Below, piece by piece: positions 9,378 through 19,213 of a stretch of 64,000 nucleotides of DNA. Position 1 is the stretch's first letter. Each line of letters starts with the position of its first letter. Source of the stretch: Dehalococcoidia bacterium (lineage in GTDB: Bacteria > Chloroflexota > Dehalococcoidia > Lucifugimonadales > UBA3495); the NCBI GenBank assembly GCA_965232835.1, contig OZ247426.1:392509-456508 (forward strand). Direction: 5' to 3'. The notes below the pieces were generated by a model that made no database searches, was not told the origin of the DNA, and worked only from the letters and a program-made list of their open reading frames with translations. The translations under genes were made by a program, and so were the position numbers.

Positions 9378-10279
9378 TGTCCAGACTAGAGGACTCCCGG
9401 ATTGGAACGGCATCGGCGCCGGGCACCTGCGGGGAGCTGGCCCAAGGGATGCTGGACGGCGTGCTGTGCCTGGTCACCTGCCCGATTGATATACGGAGCA
9501 CCGCGACAGTGAGTCTGCTGCCCGGCGACGGGAATGTGGAGGCGCCAACCGACTCTCCCAAGGCCGCCCGAGCCGTGGAGGCGACGCTGGATTTCCTGAA
9601 CGAGACGGGCGTGGATGCCCGGCTCTCGCTGGAATCCGGACTCCCGCGGGGAAAGGGCATGGCCAGCAGCACGGCCGATGTGGTCGCCAGCATCGCGGCG
9701 ACGGCCTCCGCCGTTGGCCAACGGCTGGAGTCGGATCAGATGGCCGAAATCGCCCTGGGCGTGGAGCCCAGCGACGGGATCATGTTTCCCGGAATCGTGG
9801 TCTTCGACCATCGCGAAGGGAAAATTGCCCGTGTCTTGGGTCAGCCCCCACCCATGCGCGTCCTGGTGCTGGATTTCGGCGGAACCGTGGATACCCTGGA
9901 ATACAACAGGGAGTGCAACAGCGATGCACGGGACACGGCCCTGAAGTCCCAGGGGCCCAGGATGTCCGAGGCGGTGTCCTTGATCGAGACTGGGCTGCTG
10001 CGGGGAAATCCCCTCCATATCGGCAAGGGTGCTACCATCAGTGCCATCGCCAACCAGGAGGTCTCATTCAATCCGCGCCTGGAAGATGTACTGGCCTTTT
10101 CCGCCGAGGTCGGCGCCTACGGAGTGAACGTTGCCCACAGCGGGACCGTAATCGGCATACTGCTCCCCGACCAGCCAGCAGCCGTGGCCCAGGCTGCCGA
10201 CTGCGCGAGGAAACGCTTTGACTGCCTGGAATCAACGATGCAATGCCGGGTGGAAGGTGGCGGGATCAGGATTCACTGA
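9377..10279 (+). CDS. pduX: L-threonine kinase (GHMP family, PduX-like)
   Basis: PGTCGELAQG, PRGKGMASSTAD, EPSDG and NVAHSGTVIG motifs. Confidence 0.85.
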   Translation: MSRLEDSRIGTASAPGTCGELAQGMLDGVLCLVTCPIDIRSTATVSLLPGDGNVEAPTDSPKAARAVEATLDFLNETGVDARLSLESGLPRGKGMASSTADVVASIAATASAVGQRLESDQMAEIALGVEPSDGIMFPGIVVFDHREGKIARVLGQPPPMRVLVLDFGGTVDTLEYNRECNSDARDTALKSQGPRMSEAVSLIETGLLRGNPLHIGKGATISAIANQEVSFNPRLEDVLAFSAEVGAYGVNVAHSGTVIGILLPDQPAAVAQAADCARKRFDCLESTMQCRVEGGGIRIH

Positions 10280-10460
10280 CTGCCGCAGCCGTCTTCCTCG
10301 AATCAGGTGGCCGGTGAGCAAGAGTGCACTGCTCCCTGCCTCCGGTCTCCCTGGATCACTAGCTCAAAGCGGCCCAATGACATGATTTGTCATCACTGCG
10401 CCAGGGCACATCGTGTCAATGCCGAGCGTGCGTGGGTCGCTATGAGATGGTTTCCGGCTC

Positions 10461-11132
10461 CTAACCCCGCTTGGGCAGCTTGGGGATGATCCAGCTAAGG
10501 AAATCGTCTTCGCTGCGGGTCTGCATGAAGAATCGCCCGGGGCCCTCCAGCTTGCAAACCAGGCCCTCTCCGCTCAGCAGGGTGGTCTTCCATCCTCCCG
10601 AGCGTCCCACGTCGTACGTGACACTTTCGTCAAAGGCAACCATGTGGCCGTTATCCACCGTGTAGCGCTCTCCCTGTGCCAGGTCAATGCGGTGGATTGC
10701 GCCGTACGATGAAATGAACAGCAGCCCTCGTCCGGAACAACGCAGCAGGAACAGCCCCTCCTTGGAAAAGAAGGACTTTGCGCCTCCCCACTGCGAGTCC
10801 ACCTCGATGTCCATGGTCGCGGCGAGGAAGGAGCCCGACTGGACCATCACTGTCTCGTGCCGCAGCTCCATAACCTCAATGTCGCCCGGGAGGGATGGCG
10901 CGACGGACACTTCGCCCGGCTCCTCTGCGGTGAATGTGTTTACGAAAAAGCTCTCCCCTCCTAGGACCGACCGCCGAAGACCGCCGAAGATTCCACCTCG
11001 CGTGCCCGTCTCCATTTTGATGGTGTCCGACATGCTGACCATGACACCGGTTTCGGCCTGGAGTTGCTCTCCGCGATTCATCCTGATCATAGCCAGCGCA
11101 TAGGATGGTTTGTGAAGGATTTCGTAGTCCAT
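10461..11132 (-). CDS. AIM24/TIGR00266-family protein
   Basis: AETGVMVSMS, GGESFFVNTF, SSYGAI, VDNGHMVAF and SGEGLVC motifs. Confidence 0.85.
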   Translation of the reverse strand: MDYEILHKPSYALAMIRMNRGEQLQAETGVMVSMSDTIKMETGTRGGIFGGLRRSVLGGESFFVNTFTAEEPGEVSVAPSLPGDIEVMELRHETVMVQSGSFLAATMDIEVDSQWGGAKSFFSKEGLFLLRCSGRGLLFISSYGAIHRIDLAQGERYTVDNGHMVAFDESVTYDVGRSGGWKTTLLSGEGLVCKLEGPGRFFMQTRSEDDFLSWIIPKLPKRG

Positions 11133-11358
11133 AAGCTGGTGTCCTCCCTAGTGTTGGCCCGACCGCGGGGCTCGGGCGAAAGCTGGGTTCAGTCGCGACA
11201 TCGTAATGGGCGACATTAACAACTGTGGCCTGAATAAATTATACAGTCGGTGTTGCGGTAGAGCAGAGGTATTCCGTTACAGGTTTGACCCTCATCCTGC
11301 TCGCGGGTATATTAGCCACCTGAACGATGGTCTGCTGACACCAAGGGTGTGCTTTGGT

Positions 11359-12087
11359 ATGTATGCGTTAGTTCTCGCCGGCGGAAAGGGAGAGCGCCTT
11401 CGGCCACTTACCGACAGGGTGCCGAAACCCATGGCTCCCGTTGCCGGACGACCGATCCTTGAGCACCAGATTGAGTGGTTGAAGGAGGCGGGCGTCGAGA
11501 GCGTGGTGTTCCTCGTGGGCTACCGTTGGGAATCCATCAGGTCTCATTTCGGCGACGGCTCAAGGTACGGGGTAAATATAGCCTACAGCATTGAGAGCTC
11601 CCCTCTCGGCCGGGGCGGGGCAATCAAGCAGGGCATTCCCTTTGTCGGCGACTGGGACGAGCCCGTAGTGGTCACCAACGGCGACATCATCACTCGCCAA
11701 CCGCTGTCGGAGATCATCGATTTCCATCGTGCCTCCCCGGCACGCGGCAACGGGTCCTGCGCCACACTGCTGGCGGTTCCCATGATCAGCCCGTACGGAA
11801 TCGTGGACATGGATGACAGGGGAGGCGTGGTCGGCTTCCGTGAAAAGGTTGAACTGCCGCATTGGATCAACGGTGGCGTTTACGTGATAGACCGGGACGT
11901 TTTCGCGGAATTTCCCGATCTGGGAGACCACGAGGTTTCGACCTTCCCGCACATGGCGGAGTCCGGGAGGATAGCCGCATTCCGTACCAGGTCCTACTGG
12001 ACCAGCATCGACTCGTTCAAGGACCTCAGAGAAGCCGAGGACTTTGTGGCCCGCGAGAAAGCGGGCCATTCCGCTGATCTTGCTTGA
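11359..12087 (+). CDS. Sugar-phosphate nucleotidyltransferase family protein
   Basis: LAGGKGERLRPLT-x3-PKPM, PLGRGGA and NGD motifs; start moved to ATG 11359. Confidence 0.85.
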   Translation: MYALVLAGGKGERLRPLTDRVPKPMAPVAGRPILEHQIEWLKEAGVESVVFLVGYRWESIRSHFGDGSRYGVNIAYSIESSPLGRGGAIKQGIPFVGDWDEPVVVTNGDIITRQPLSEIIDFHRASPARGNGSCATLLAVPMISPYGIVDMDDRGGVVGFREKVELPHWINGGVYVIDRDVFAEFPDLGDHEVSTFPHMAESGRIAAFRTRSYWTSIDSFKDLREAEDFVAREKAGHSADLA

Positions 12088-12165
12088 TGATTCCGGACAC
12101 GGGCGGCGAGCTCCTAGGTGTCCCTGCGAACTTCAGTCATGATTCGAAGTGACACCGGGGAATCA

Positions 12166-13137
12166 GTGGCTGATTCCACCTCAGTCGGTACCGGGACAGC
12201 AACGCCCGACGTCGCCTCGATGGCAGCAACTGTCAGGGCCAGCATGGAGAAGGTTCTGGTCGGAAAAGGCCAGGTTATTGAGCTCTTCCTGGCGGCGGTA
12301 CTGAGTGGCGGGCACATACTCGTCGAAGACGTCCCGGGCATCGGAAAGACCACTCTCGCCCGCAGCCTGGCTGAATCCCTCAGCTGCAGTTTCCGGCGCA
12401 TTCAATGTACCCCGGACCTGATGCCATCGGACATCACCGGGGTGCACTTTTACAACCAGAAGCTGAGTGAGTTCGAGTTCCGGCCCGGCCCCATCCTGGC
12501 CCAGGTCGTGCTGGCCGACGAGATTAACCGCGCCACGCCGCGCACCCAGTCGGCACTGCTGGAGGCGATGGCGGAGGGGCAGCTGACCGTGGACGACCGG
12601 ACCATTACCCTTCCTCAGCCGTTTCTTCTGGTTGCGACGCAGAATCCCATCGAACTGGAGGGGACTTTCCCCCTGCCCGAGGCCCAGTTGGACCGGTTCA
12701 TGCTTCGCCTGCGTATGGGATATCCGGATGAGGACGAAGAGGTGCAGATGCTGGCCCGCTTCAATTCGGGCAATCCCATCGACTCGTTGCAGCCGGTTGC
12801 CGATGGCAGCGGTGTTACGGAAACGCAGGCGGCGGTCAGGCAGGTATACGTCGACCCCGTCCTGAGCAACTACATTGTGAGGTTGGCCCAGGCGACCCGT
12901 CGCCACGAGGATGTGGAGTTGGGCGTGAGCCCCCGGGCCACCCTGGGGTTGTACCGCTGTTCCCAGGCCTATGCCGCCATCCGGGGCCGGGAGTATGTTT
13001 CCCCCGATGACGTTAAGGTCCTGGCGCCCTACGCCCTGGCCCACCGAACAATTCTCACCTCCCAGGCCCGGCTGAGGGGCCGCACGCAGGAGGATGTGGT
13101 GCATGAGCTGCTTTCTCGAGTGGAGGTGCCCGTTTAG
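12166..13137 (+). CDS. moxR: MoxR-family AAA+ ATPase
   Basis: EDVPGIGKT, RIQCTPDLMPSD, DEINRATPRTQSALLE and PLPEAQLDRF motifs. Confidence 0.92.
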   Translation: MADSTSVGTGTATPDVASMAATVRASMEKVLVGKGQVIELFLAAVLSGGHILVEDVPGIGKTTLARSLAESLSCSFRRIQCTPDLMPSDITGVHFYNQKLSEFEFRPGPILAQVVLADEINRATPRTQSALLEAMAEGQLTVDDRTITLPQPFLLVATQNPIELEGTFPLPEAQLDRFMLRLRMGYPDEDEEVQMLARFNSGNPIDSLQPVADGSGVTETQAAVRQVYVDPVLSNYIVRLAQATRRHEDVELGVSPRATLGLYRCSQAYAAIRGREYVSPDDVKVLAPYALAHRTILTSQARLRGRTQEDVVHELLSRVEVPV

Positions 13138-13152
13138 GCCGGGCCGGGCGGT

Positions 13153-14472
13153 ATGAGGCACGAGCTGTGGCCGGTGATCAGCGGGCTGCTTGTGGTTGTT
13201 GGCCTGCTGGCCAGCAGCGGCCTCCTGCTGGTGGTAGGCTCAATGGTCGTAGTGGTCTGGATGACGGCACGGCTGTGGGAGCGGTACTGTTTTCGGAAGG
13301 TCTCGTTCGAACGTAATATGGGCCGACGTCGTGCCTTCATCGGCGACACCGTCGACTATTCCGTTTCCCTGACCAACGACAAATTGCTCCCACTGATCTG
13401 GGTGGAGGCGCAGGACCCGTTCCCGGAGGGACTGGAACTCCCGGGTGCGGTTGTACGCGGCGCCAGTCTCGAGACCAACCGCCACTACAGCATCACCACC
13501 TCCCTCCTTCCGTACCAGCGGGCCACCTGGAATTTCAGGATGCACTGTGCCCGCAGGGGATACCACCGCATCGGCCCGGTCCGGATGCGAAGCGGCGACA
13601 TTTTTGGATTCGCTTCGACGGAAACCCGCCAATCGAGCGTCAGCGACGTGCTGGTGTATCCGCGGGTGATCGACCTTGACAGCCTGGTCCCTCCCCCGCA
13701 ACACCCCTTCGGTACGTCCCATGGCGGCTTGCCGCTCTTTCACGACACCACCAGGTTTCGTGGCACCAGGGACTATCTTCCCGAGGACCCCATGAAGCAC
13801 ATCGACTGGAAGGCCACCGCCAGGGCCAGGAGATTGCAAACACGGATCTTTGAACCTTCAGTGTCAATGAACATCGTCGTGGCCCTGAATGGCTCGACCA
13901 GCGACTATGTATGGCTGGGCACCAACAGGCGGCTGTTTGAGCGCGCCGTCACTGCCGCTGCCTCCGCCATGGTGCTGGCCGACCGGCGAGGTTACAGCTA
14001 CGGCCTCATTTCCAACGCCGTGGCCTCCTACTCCGGGAAATGGCTGAGCATTCCAGTGGGAGCCTCATCGCAGCAACTGACTATGACCCTCGAGGCGCTG
14101 GCCATGGCGGCGCCCTACGTGGTCTCGATGCTGCCCAGCGTGTTCCGGGCGGAACGGGACAACCTGCCTCCGGGCGCCACCGTGGTTTTCATAACTGCCG
14201 CCCTGACCGACTCCATCCCCGCACAGCTGTCTGCCTTTTCCGAGAGTGGATACCGGCTCAGCGTGATCTATGCCGGGGATGGCGAGGCGCCGGAACGAAT
14301 TGCCGACATTCCCGTATTCAACATCGGCCATCTCCTCGACCAGTTGCCCGAGGACCGCACTGACTGGAATGACGATCCGAATGTACTGGGTGAAGCAATG
14401 GATCAAGCCAGCCCAAGTCCTGGCTTTCCCGACGCGCGCATCGGCGAGAACGACGGATCAATGTCCGTGTGA
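13153..14472 (+). CDS. DUF58 domain protein (MoxR partner)
   Basis: N-terminal TM segments, RRGY...GP, LVYPR and RDY-x-PEDPMKHIDWKATAR motifs; follows moxR. Confidence 0.85.
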   Translation: MRHELWPVISGLLVVVGLLASSGLLLVVGSMVVVVWMTARLWERYCFRKVSFERNMGRRRAFIGDTVDYSVSLTNDKLLPLIWVEAQDPFPEGLELPGAVVRGASLETNRHYSITTSLLPYQRATWNFRMHCARRGYHRIGPVRMRSGDIFGFASTETRQSSVSDVLVYPRVIDLDSLVPPPQHPFGTSHGGLPLFHDTTRFRGTRDYLPEDPMKHIDWKATARARRLQTRIFEPSVSMNIVVALNGSTSDYVWLGTNRRLFERAVTAAASAMVLADRRGYSYGLISNAVASYSGKWLSIPVGASSQQLTMTLEALAMAAPYVVSMLPSVFRAERDNLPPGATVVFITAALTDSIPAQLSAFSESGYRLSVIYAGDGEAPERIADIPVFNIGHLLDQLPEDRTDWNDDPNVLGEAMDQASPSPGFPDARIGENDGSMSV

Positions 14473-14505
14473 AGTTATGAATCAGATACCGGAACGAGGG
14501 CAAGG

Positions 14506-15897
14506 GTGAGGCCATACTGGCGCATCAGGTCGGTGACTGCGGTGGACCTCTTCCTGGAGAGCTGCGTCCTGTACCTGGTATTCTCGACAGTTTCCAGCCT
14601 GGTCAGGCTGGAACAGCTGCATTTGCCCTTCTGGCTGGTATTTGTGGCCCTTGCCTGGGGTTATGGCCTGTCCCTCTGGGTGCTGGGACTCAAGATCACT
14701 CCTGTGCTCAGAGGGGTGATTGGAATGGCCGTCGGGGTGCCGTCGTTGCTGGTCCTTGTCGCCTGGAATGCTGGTCTTCCCCTTCTCCCCTTTGGGCTTC
14801 TTATTCCGCTGGAGCCAGGCGGTCTGGGCCTGTTCGTTGGCTCGGTCATTTTTCTGCTCATCACCTGGTGGCGAGGGGTGCAGGTCTCCCGCGAGGAGGC
14901 AACTCTCGATTCAGTACGTACTGCCTTTCAGATAGGGATGGTCACCCTGCTCGCTGCAGCCCTGATCGATGCTGCCACCGAGGGCCGGATTGTCAGCGGG
15001 TTCTTCGTAATCGGTTTCTTCACCGTGGGGCTCATGGGAATGGCCCTGGCCAGGTTCTCTGCGGACGGAGGCGAGAATCGCGAAATGCCACGTCAGTGGC
15101 TCTGGCCCATCGTGGCCTGTGTGGCGGGCGTTTTGCTGCTGGGTCTGCTGATCAGCGGCCTCGGCCTGGGCGGGCTTGACGACGTCAGCAGGGCGGTTAC
15201 AGGCCTGATTGGCGCGGTTGGCCTGAGGATCCTGGAGCCGGTGCTGATGCTGGTAGGGCTGATCGCCGGGGGGCTGGTCAGCGTGGGAAACTGGTTCTCC
15301 CAGCTCATGGGCGGTGGCGATTTCGATGGACTCCTGGAGGCTCAACGACGGATCAATGAGTTTCACGAAAGCCTGAGGGAGGCCGAAGCCGATACTGATG
15401 GGAACCTGCTCCTTACCGTTCTGCAGTGGACCGCAGTCGCCTTCGGTTCTCTTGCCGCGGTGGGCATCGTCTATTGGCTCTTTCGGAGTCGTCGCCGGCA
15501 GGGCGGAGGCGGCCAGGTTGTCGAGGTCCGGGAGTCGCTGTTCAGCCTGAGCCGGGCCGGGGATGACGTTAACGAGGCGTTGGGCGGTATATTCGCCGGC
15601 AGGTGGGGAGGGTCGCGGAGACGGAATCGCATATTTGCCACACCGCGCGACTACTACCACGCCCTGCTGGAGATGGCGAGACGGGCCGGCCGCCCCAGGG
15701 ACTCGTCGGCGACACCGAGGGAGCACCAGCGCGACCTTTCGGGGATCCTGCCAGCCGACCCTGTCTCCCGGATCGTTGATGAGTTCCAGGACGCCCACTA
15801 CGGCGCCGCTATCGCCGATTCGGAACGGATGGGCAGGCTGGAGCAAGACCGCCTGGCATTGGAGGAGTTCCTGGACCAGCGCAAAAAGGACCGTTGA
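14506..15897 (+). CDS. Multi-pass membrane protein with a C-terminal DUF4129-like domain
   Basis: About 9 TM segments; C-terminal YHALL...GRPR...TPREH...AHYG; typical third gene of moxR-DUF58 clusters. Confidence 0.7.
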   Translation: MRPYWRIRSVTAVDLFLESCVLYLVFSTVSSLVRLEQLHLPFWLVFVALAWGYGLSLWVLGLKITPVLRGVIGMAVGVPSLLVLVAWNAGLPLLPFGLLIPLEPGGLGLFVGSVIFLLITWWRGVQVSREEATLDSVRTAFQIGMVTLLAAALIDAATEGRIVSGFFVIGFFTVGLMGMALARFSADGGENREMPRQWLWPIVACVAGVLLLGLLISGLGLGGLDDVSRAVTGLIGAVGLRILEPVLMLVGLIAGGLVSVGNWFSQLMGGGDFDGLLEAQRRINEFHESLREAEADTDGNLLLTVLQWTAVAFGSLAAVGIVYWLFRSRRRQGGGGQVVEVRESLFSLSRAGDDVNEALGGIFAGRWGGSRRRNRIFATPRDYYHALLEMARRAGRPRDSSATPREHQRDLSGILPADPVSRIVDEFQDAHYGAAIADSERMGRLEQDRLALEEFLDQRKKDR

Positions 15898-15935
15898 AAC
15901 GCCAGTCGCCGGCCAGGTTGCCCAGTTCTTGGAAA

Positions 15936-16038
15936 CTATCTCAAATCGAGTGTTTGCTTGCCCTGCACCTTTCTTTTGACAACCATTTCACCGCCACCCT
16001 AACCCTTCCCCTCAAGGGAGAGGGGACTCTTGAGATAG
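15936..16038. repeat. MITE/REP-like element with terminal inverted repeats and an internal hairpin
   Basis: CTATCTCAA (15936-44) and TTGAGATAG (16030-38) are perfect inverted repeats; internal CCCTTCCCCTCAAGGGAGAGGGG hairpin; lies between convergent genes. Confidence 0.55.
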
Positions 16039-16167
16039 CTGCTTAGTTGCACCCGCTCTGAGGCATGCCGGAGGATATCCGATCAAGGCGCCGTTTGTCT
16101 GGCAGCCTCACTGGGAGCCAGTGGAAAGTGTCTCCGGAATCGTCCTGGACCGAAAGGGCACTGCAGT

Positions 16168-17070
16168 CTAGCGAAAGGCTGGCAGCACCTCGTCGGCGAT
16201 GAGCGCCATGAGCCGGCGGAGCGCGGGAATGTCCCCAGAATTCAAGGCCAGAACCATGTGCTCCACCCCCGCCTCACGGTAGGCCTCGATGCCTGCCCGC
16301 ATGGCTCCGGGATCATCGCCGGGCAGCCGTGAGCGCGACGAGGCGCGCTGGCTCGACGGGCCACCATTCACTTCGACCTCGACTCGCGTTGACATGGTGA
16401 TGTCGGATACGTCCCGGCCCGCCGCTTGCGCCAGGGAGGCTAAATCAGCTTTGCCGATGGCGAAGTCCTCGGGTGACAGGCCTGTCGGGTGCCATCCGTC
16501 GCCCACCCGGGCAGTCCGGCGCATCGCTCCGGGAGAGGAGCCCCCGATCCAGAGCGGAATCGAAGGCTGCACCGGCTTGGGGGAAAAGTACAGGTCCTCA
16601 AAATCCCAGCGGCGGCTGTGGTATTCCGGCCAGTTGTTGCTCCACAGCTCCTTCATTATGGCGATGGACTCGTTTGTGAGCGATCCGCGCTCACGCATCG
16701 GGATGCCGAGAGCTTCGAATTCCTCGGTCATGGCGCCGGCGCCCACTCCCAACCTGACCCGGCCCCCGGACATCTGGTCCAGCGTGGCGGCATACTTGGC
16801 CAGTTCCACCGGGTTGTGGTAGGGGAGCACCAGAACCGACGTGCCCAGGGCAACCCTGCTGGTGGTCGCCGACATGTACGACAGCATGGCCATTGGGTGA
16901 TAGTAAGGACGGTCCTCGAGCCTCTCCCGGATGTAGCCGGTGTTGAACAGGTGGTCCATCACCCAGATGGAGTCATACCCCTGCTGTTCCGCCTCCGGGC
17001 CCAGGTTGAGGACTTCATTTGGGTCCGAAACTCCCCAGTTATTGGGGATGGTAACTCCGAATTGCGTCAT
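16168..17070 (-). CDS. Luciferase-like (LLM) flavin/F420-dependent oxidoreductase
   Basis: GYDSIWVMDH, LGTSVLVLP, ATLDQMSGGR, PKPVQ and WIGGSS motifs. Confidence 0.9.
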   Translation of the reverse strand: MTQFGVTIPNNWGVSDPNEVLNLGPEAEQQGYDSIWVMDHLFNTGYIRERLEDRPYYHPMAMLSYMSATTSRVALGTSVLVLPYHNPVELAKYAATLDQMSGGRVRLGVGAGAMTEEFEALGIPMRERGSLTNESIAIMKELWSNNWPEYHSRRWDFEDLYFSPKPVQPSIPLWIGGSSPGAMRRTARVGDGWHPTGLSPEDFAIGKADLASLAQAAGRDVSDITMSTRVEVEVNGGPSSQRASSRSRLPGDDPGAMRAGIEAYREAGVEHMVLALNSGDIPALRRLMALIADEVLPAFR

Positions 17071-17203
17071 AACTCGTCCGATGAAAATTCACGCTTGACT
17101 TGACCGGCAGCCCTCATTTGACCGCCTCTGGTAGACCTCTGCCGCCGGGACGTTGCATTGAGAGATGCCGCTCCCACAGCACCGGGCACGCGCTCGGAGG
17201 CAG

Positions 17204-17677
17204 TTACGCCGTATTGATGGCGGTGAGCACCGATGCCGTTTCCACCGCAGCGAGGGCTGCGTTGGTCCCGATGTTGCCGGACTTGCCGCCGGCGCGGTTC
17301 AGGGCCTGCTCCATGTTTTCGGTGGTCAGCACGCCGAAGATCGTGGGCACACCGGTGTCCAGGCTGACGGATCCCGCGCCGCCCTGTGCCTGACCGGCCA
17401 CCATGTCGTAATGCGTGGTCTCACCACGGATTACGGCGCCGAGACATATCACCGCGTCAAAGCGGCCACTCTTGGCAAAGGCTCGGGCCACCACGGGCAG
17501 CTCGAATGATCCCGGGACCCAGGCCACAGTGATGTCCGAGTCGCGCACGCCGCAGCGACCAAGGGTCTCCAGCGCCCCGTCGAGCAGTTGCTTGGTAATT
17601 ATCTCGTTGAAACGGGCAACCGCGACTCCGACTCGCAGGCCCTGCCCGTTCATGTCGCCCCTGAGTTCGTTGGGCAC
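17204..17677 (-). CDS. ribH: 6,7-dimethyl-8-ribityllumazine synthase
   Basis: [29 protein letters not shown] and FGVLTTE motifs. Confidence 0.97.
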   Translation of the reverse strand: MPNELRGDMNGQGLRVGVAVARFNEIITKQLLDGALETLGRCGVRDSDITVAWVPGSFELPVVARAFAKSGRFDAVICLGAVIRGETTHYDMVAGQAQGGAGSVSLDTGVPTIFGVLTTENMEQALNRAGGKSGNIGTNAALAAVETASVLTAINTA

Positions 17678-17773
17678 GGTAAGTTCTCCTAGTCTTGGAA
17701 TGAATTGAATTCGCCCCTTGCGGCCGCGGGAGTCCTCATCATTGCGTGAGAGACTGTCGCTCCGGCGGTTCGA

Positions 17774-18475
17774 TCAGGAGTCGCCAGGAGTTTCCAGTCC
17801 CACCAGGAGCACCTTGTCCAGCAATTCGGCCTCAGAGACCATTCCGGCCACGGTGCTGAATTCGTTGATTACAGTGAGCGGCACCTGGCGTACCCCGTAT
17901 CGACGGGCGAGGTCGGGAAACTCCTCCGCCTCAATCACGTCGGTATGGATGTTTGCGCTCTCCACGGCCATTGATTGCGCCAGAAGCGCCATCCCCGCCG
18001 AGGTCTCGCTGCCCGGCGTGACGAATACCTGGAGGTGTACCGGCTTCTCCACCCGTCGCAGCTGCTTCCGGGAGTTGACGGAAAGGCGGGTGCTGCCCCG
18101 GGAAAGCGCCTTGGTAATTCCAACCAGCACCGGTAGCTGGTATCCAAGGGGCAGGCCGTAGTATCTCACCCACTTCCCGGTGCCTGCTCCAATCACCACC
18201 GCTGGAATGCGGGTGATGCTGTCCTCCTGCGCTTTTTCCCTCTCGAGGTGAAATTCCACGGTTTCCAAGGCCAGCTTGGGCGAAAGGGAGACCAGTTCCT
18301 CCATCAGTTGCTGCGTCTGAGGACAGTAGCGGCATTCACGACCCGGAATCGCGATGGGCGACGGGCGTTGCGTGTACATCCGCAGAAGCACGTCAGCCTT
18401 GAGGTGCTTGCGGAATTCCCGCTTCAGACGTGGCTTTTCCTGTGGCGGAATCAGGTCCTGTTGCGCGGTAGCCAT
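17774..18475 (-). CDS. Two-domain thioredoxin-fold protein-disulfide oxidoreductase (PDO/AhpF N-terminal-domain-like); second CxxC lost
   Basis: N-terminal ECRYC, VRYYGLPLGYQ; second site VFVTPGSETS; EFPDLARRYGVRQVP. Confidence 0.8.
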   Translation of the reverse strand: MATAQQDLIPPQEKPRLKREFRKHLKADVLLRMYTQRPSPIAIPGRECRYCPQTQQLMEELVSLSPKLALETVEFHLEREKAQEDSITRIPAVVIGAGTGKWVRYYGLPLGYQLPVLVGITKALSRGSTRLSVNSRKQLRRVEKPVHLQVFVTPGSETSAGMALLAQSMAVESANIHTDVIEAEEFPDLARRYGVRQVPLTVINEFSTVAGMVSEAELLDKVLLVGLETPGDS

Positions 18476-18589
18476 GGATTCAGGTCCCCTGCGGCAGTGG
18501 ATGGGGCCAGTTTACACGGCCCGCAAAGGCTTAGCCACCCCGCTGGCCGTCCTGTTCCGGCACCGGGTGTGCCAAGATCGGACCGAACG

Positions 18590-19213
18590 CTAGCCTTCCT
18601 TGTCCAGCATGTCCCGGATGGTGAACATGCGCTGGAAGAGGGTGAAACAGGACACGGCGGCAATGGCGACCAGAATTCCCATAAGCAACCAGGGGATCCA
18701 GGACAGCAGGAGGGCGGCGCCCAGCAGGATCACTCGCTCCGTGCGAGTCATCACACCGGCCCGGGTGAAGACCCCTAGACCCTCGCCACGGGCCCGGAGG
18801 TAACTGACTCCTTGCGAAAAAACAAGGGCCAGCAGCAGGGCGATGAGGAAAAATGCCCTGTAGTCCTCAGCCACGTCGGCCCTGAGTATGTAGACTCCAA
18901 GGCCCACGAAGAGCGCGGCCTCTCCCAGCCGGTCGAACACCGAGTCCAGGAGCGCGCCGAAGGGTGTTGCCTTGCCGGTCAGACGGGCCAGGGCCCCATC
19001 GAACAAGTCGAGGATTCCGCCGGCCAGGAACACCGCGCCGCCCCAGACCAGCCAGCCGTAAGCCACCAGGCAGGCAGAGACTACGCAGACCGCGAAGCCC
19101 AGCAGGGTGATGCCATTGGGGGAAAATCCGACGGCCCTGAATGCGCGCGCGCCGGGCTCCTCGAGGTAGCTGCGCAGTGCGCCTCTAAGCTGTTCTCTGC
19201 CCAGTAGTCGCAT
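18590..19213 (-). CDS. pgsA: CDP-alcohol phosphatidyltransferase (phosphatidylinositol-phosphate synthase type)
   Basis: SPNGIT, DLFDGALAR-x-GALLDSVFDR and VSYLRARGE motifs; overlaps the pimA stop (TAATG). Confidence 0.82.
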   Translation of the reverse strand: MRLLGREQLRGALRSYLEEPGARAFRAVGFSPNGITLLGFAVCVVSACLVAYGWLVWGGAVFLAGGILDLFDGALARLTGKATPFGALLDSVFDRLGEAALFVGLGVYILRADVAEDYRAFFLIALLLALVFSQGVSYLRARGEGLGVFTRAGVMTRTERVILLGAALLLSWIPWLLMGILVAIAAVSCFTLFQRMFTIRDMLDKEG

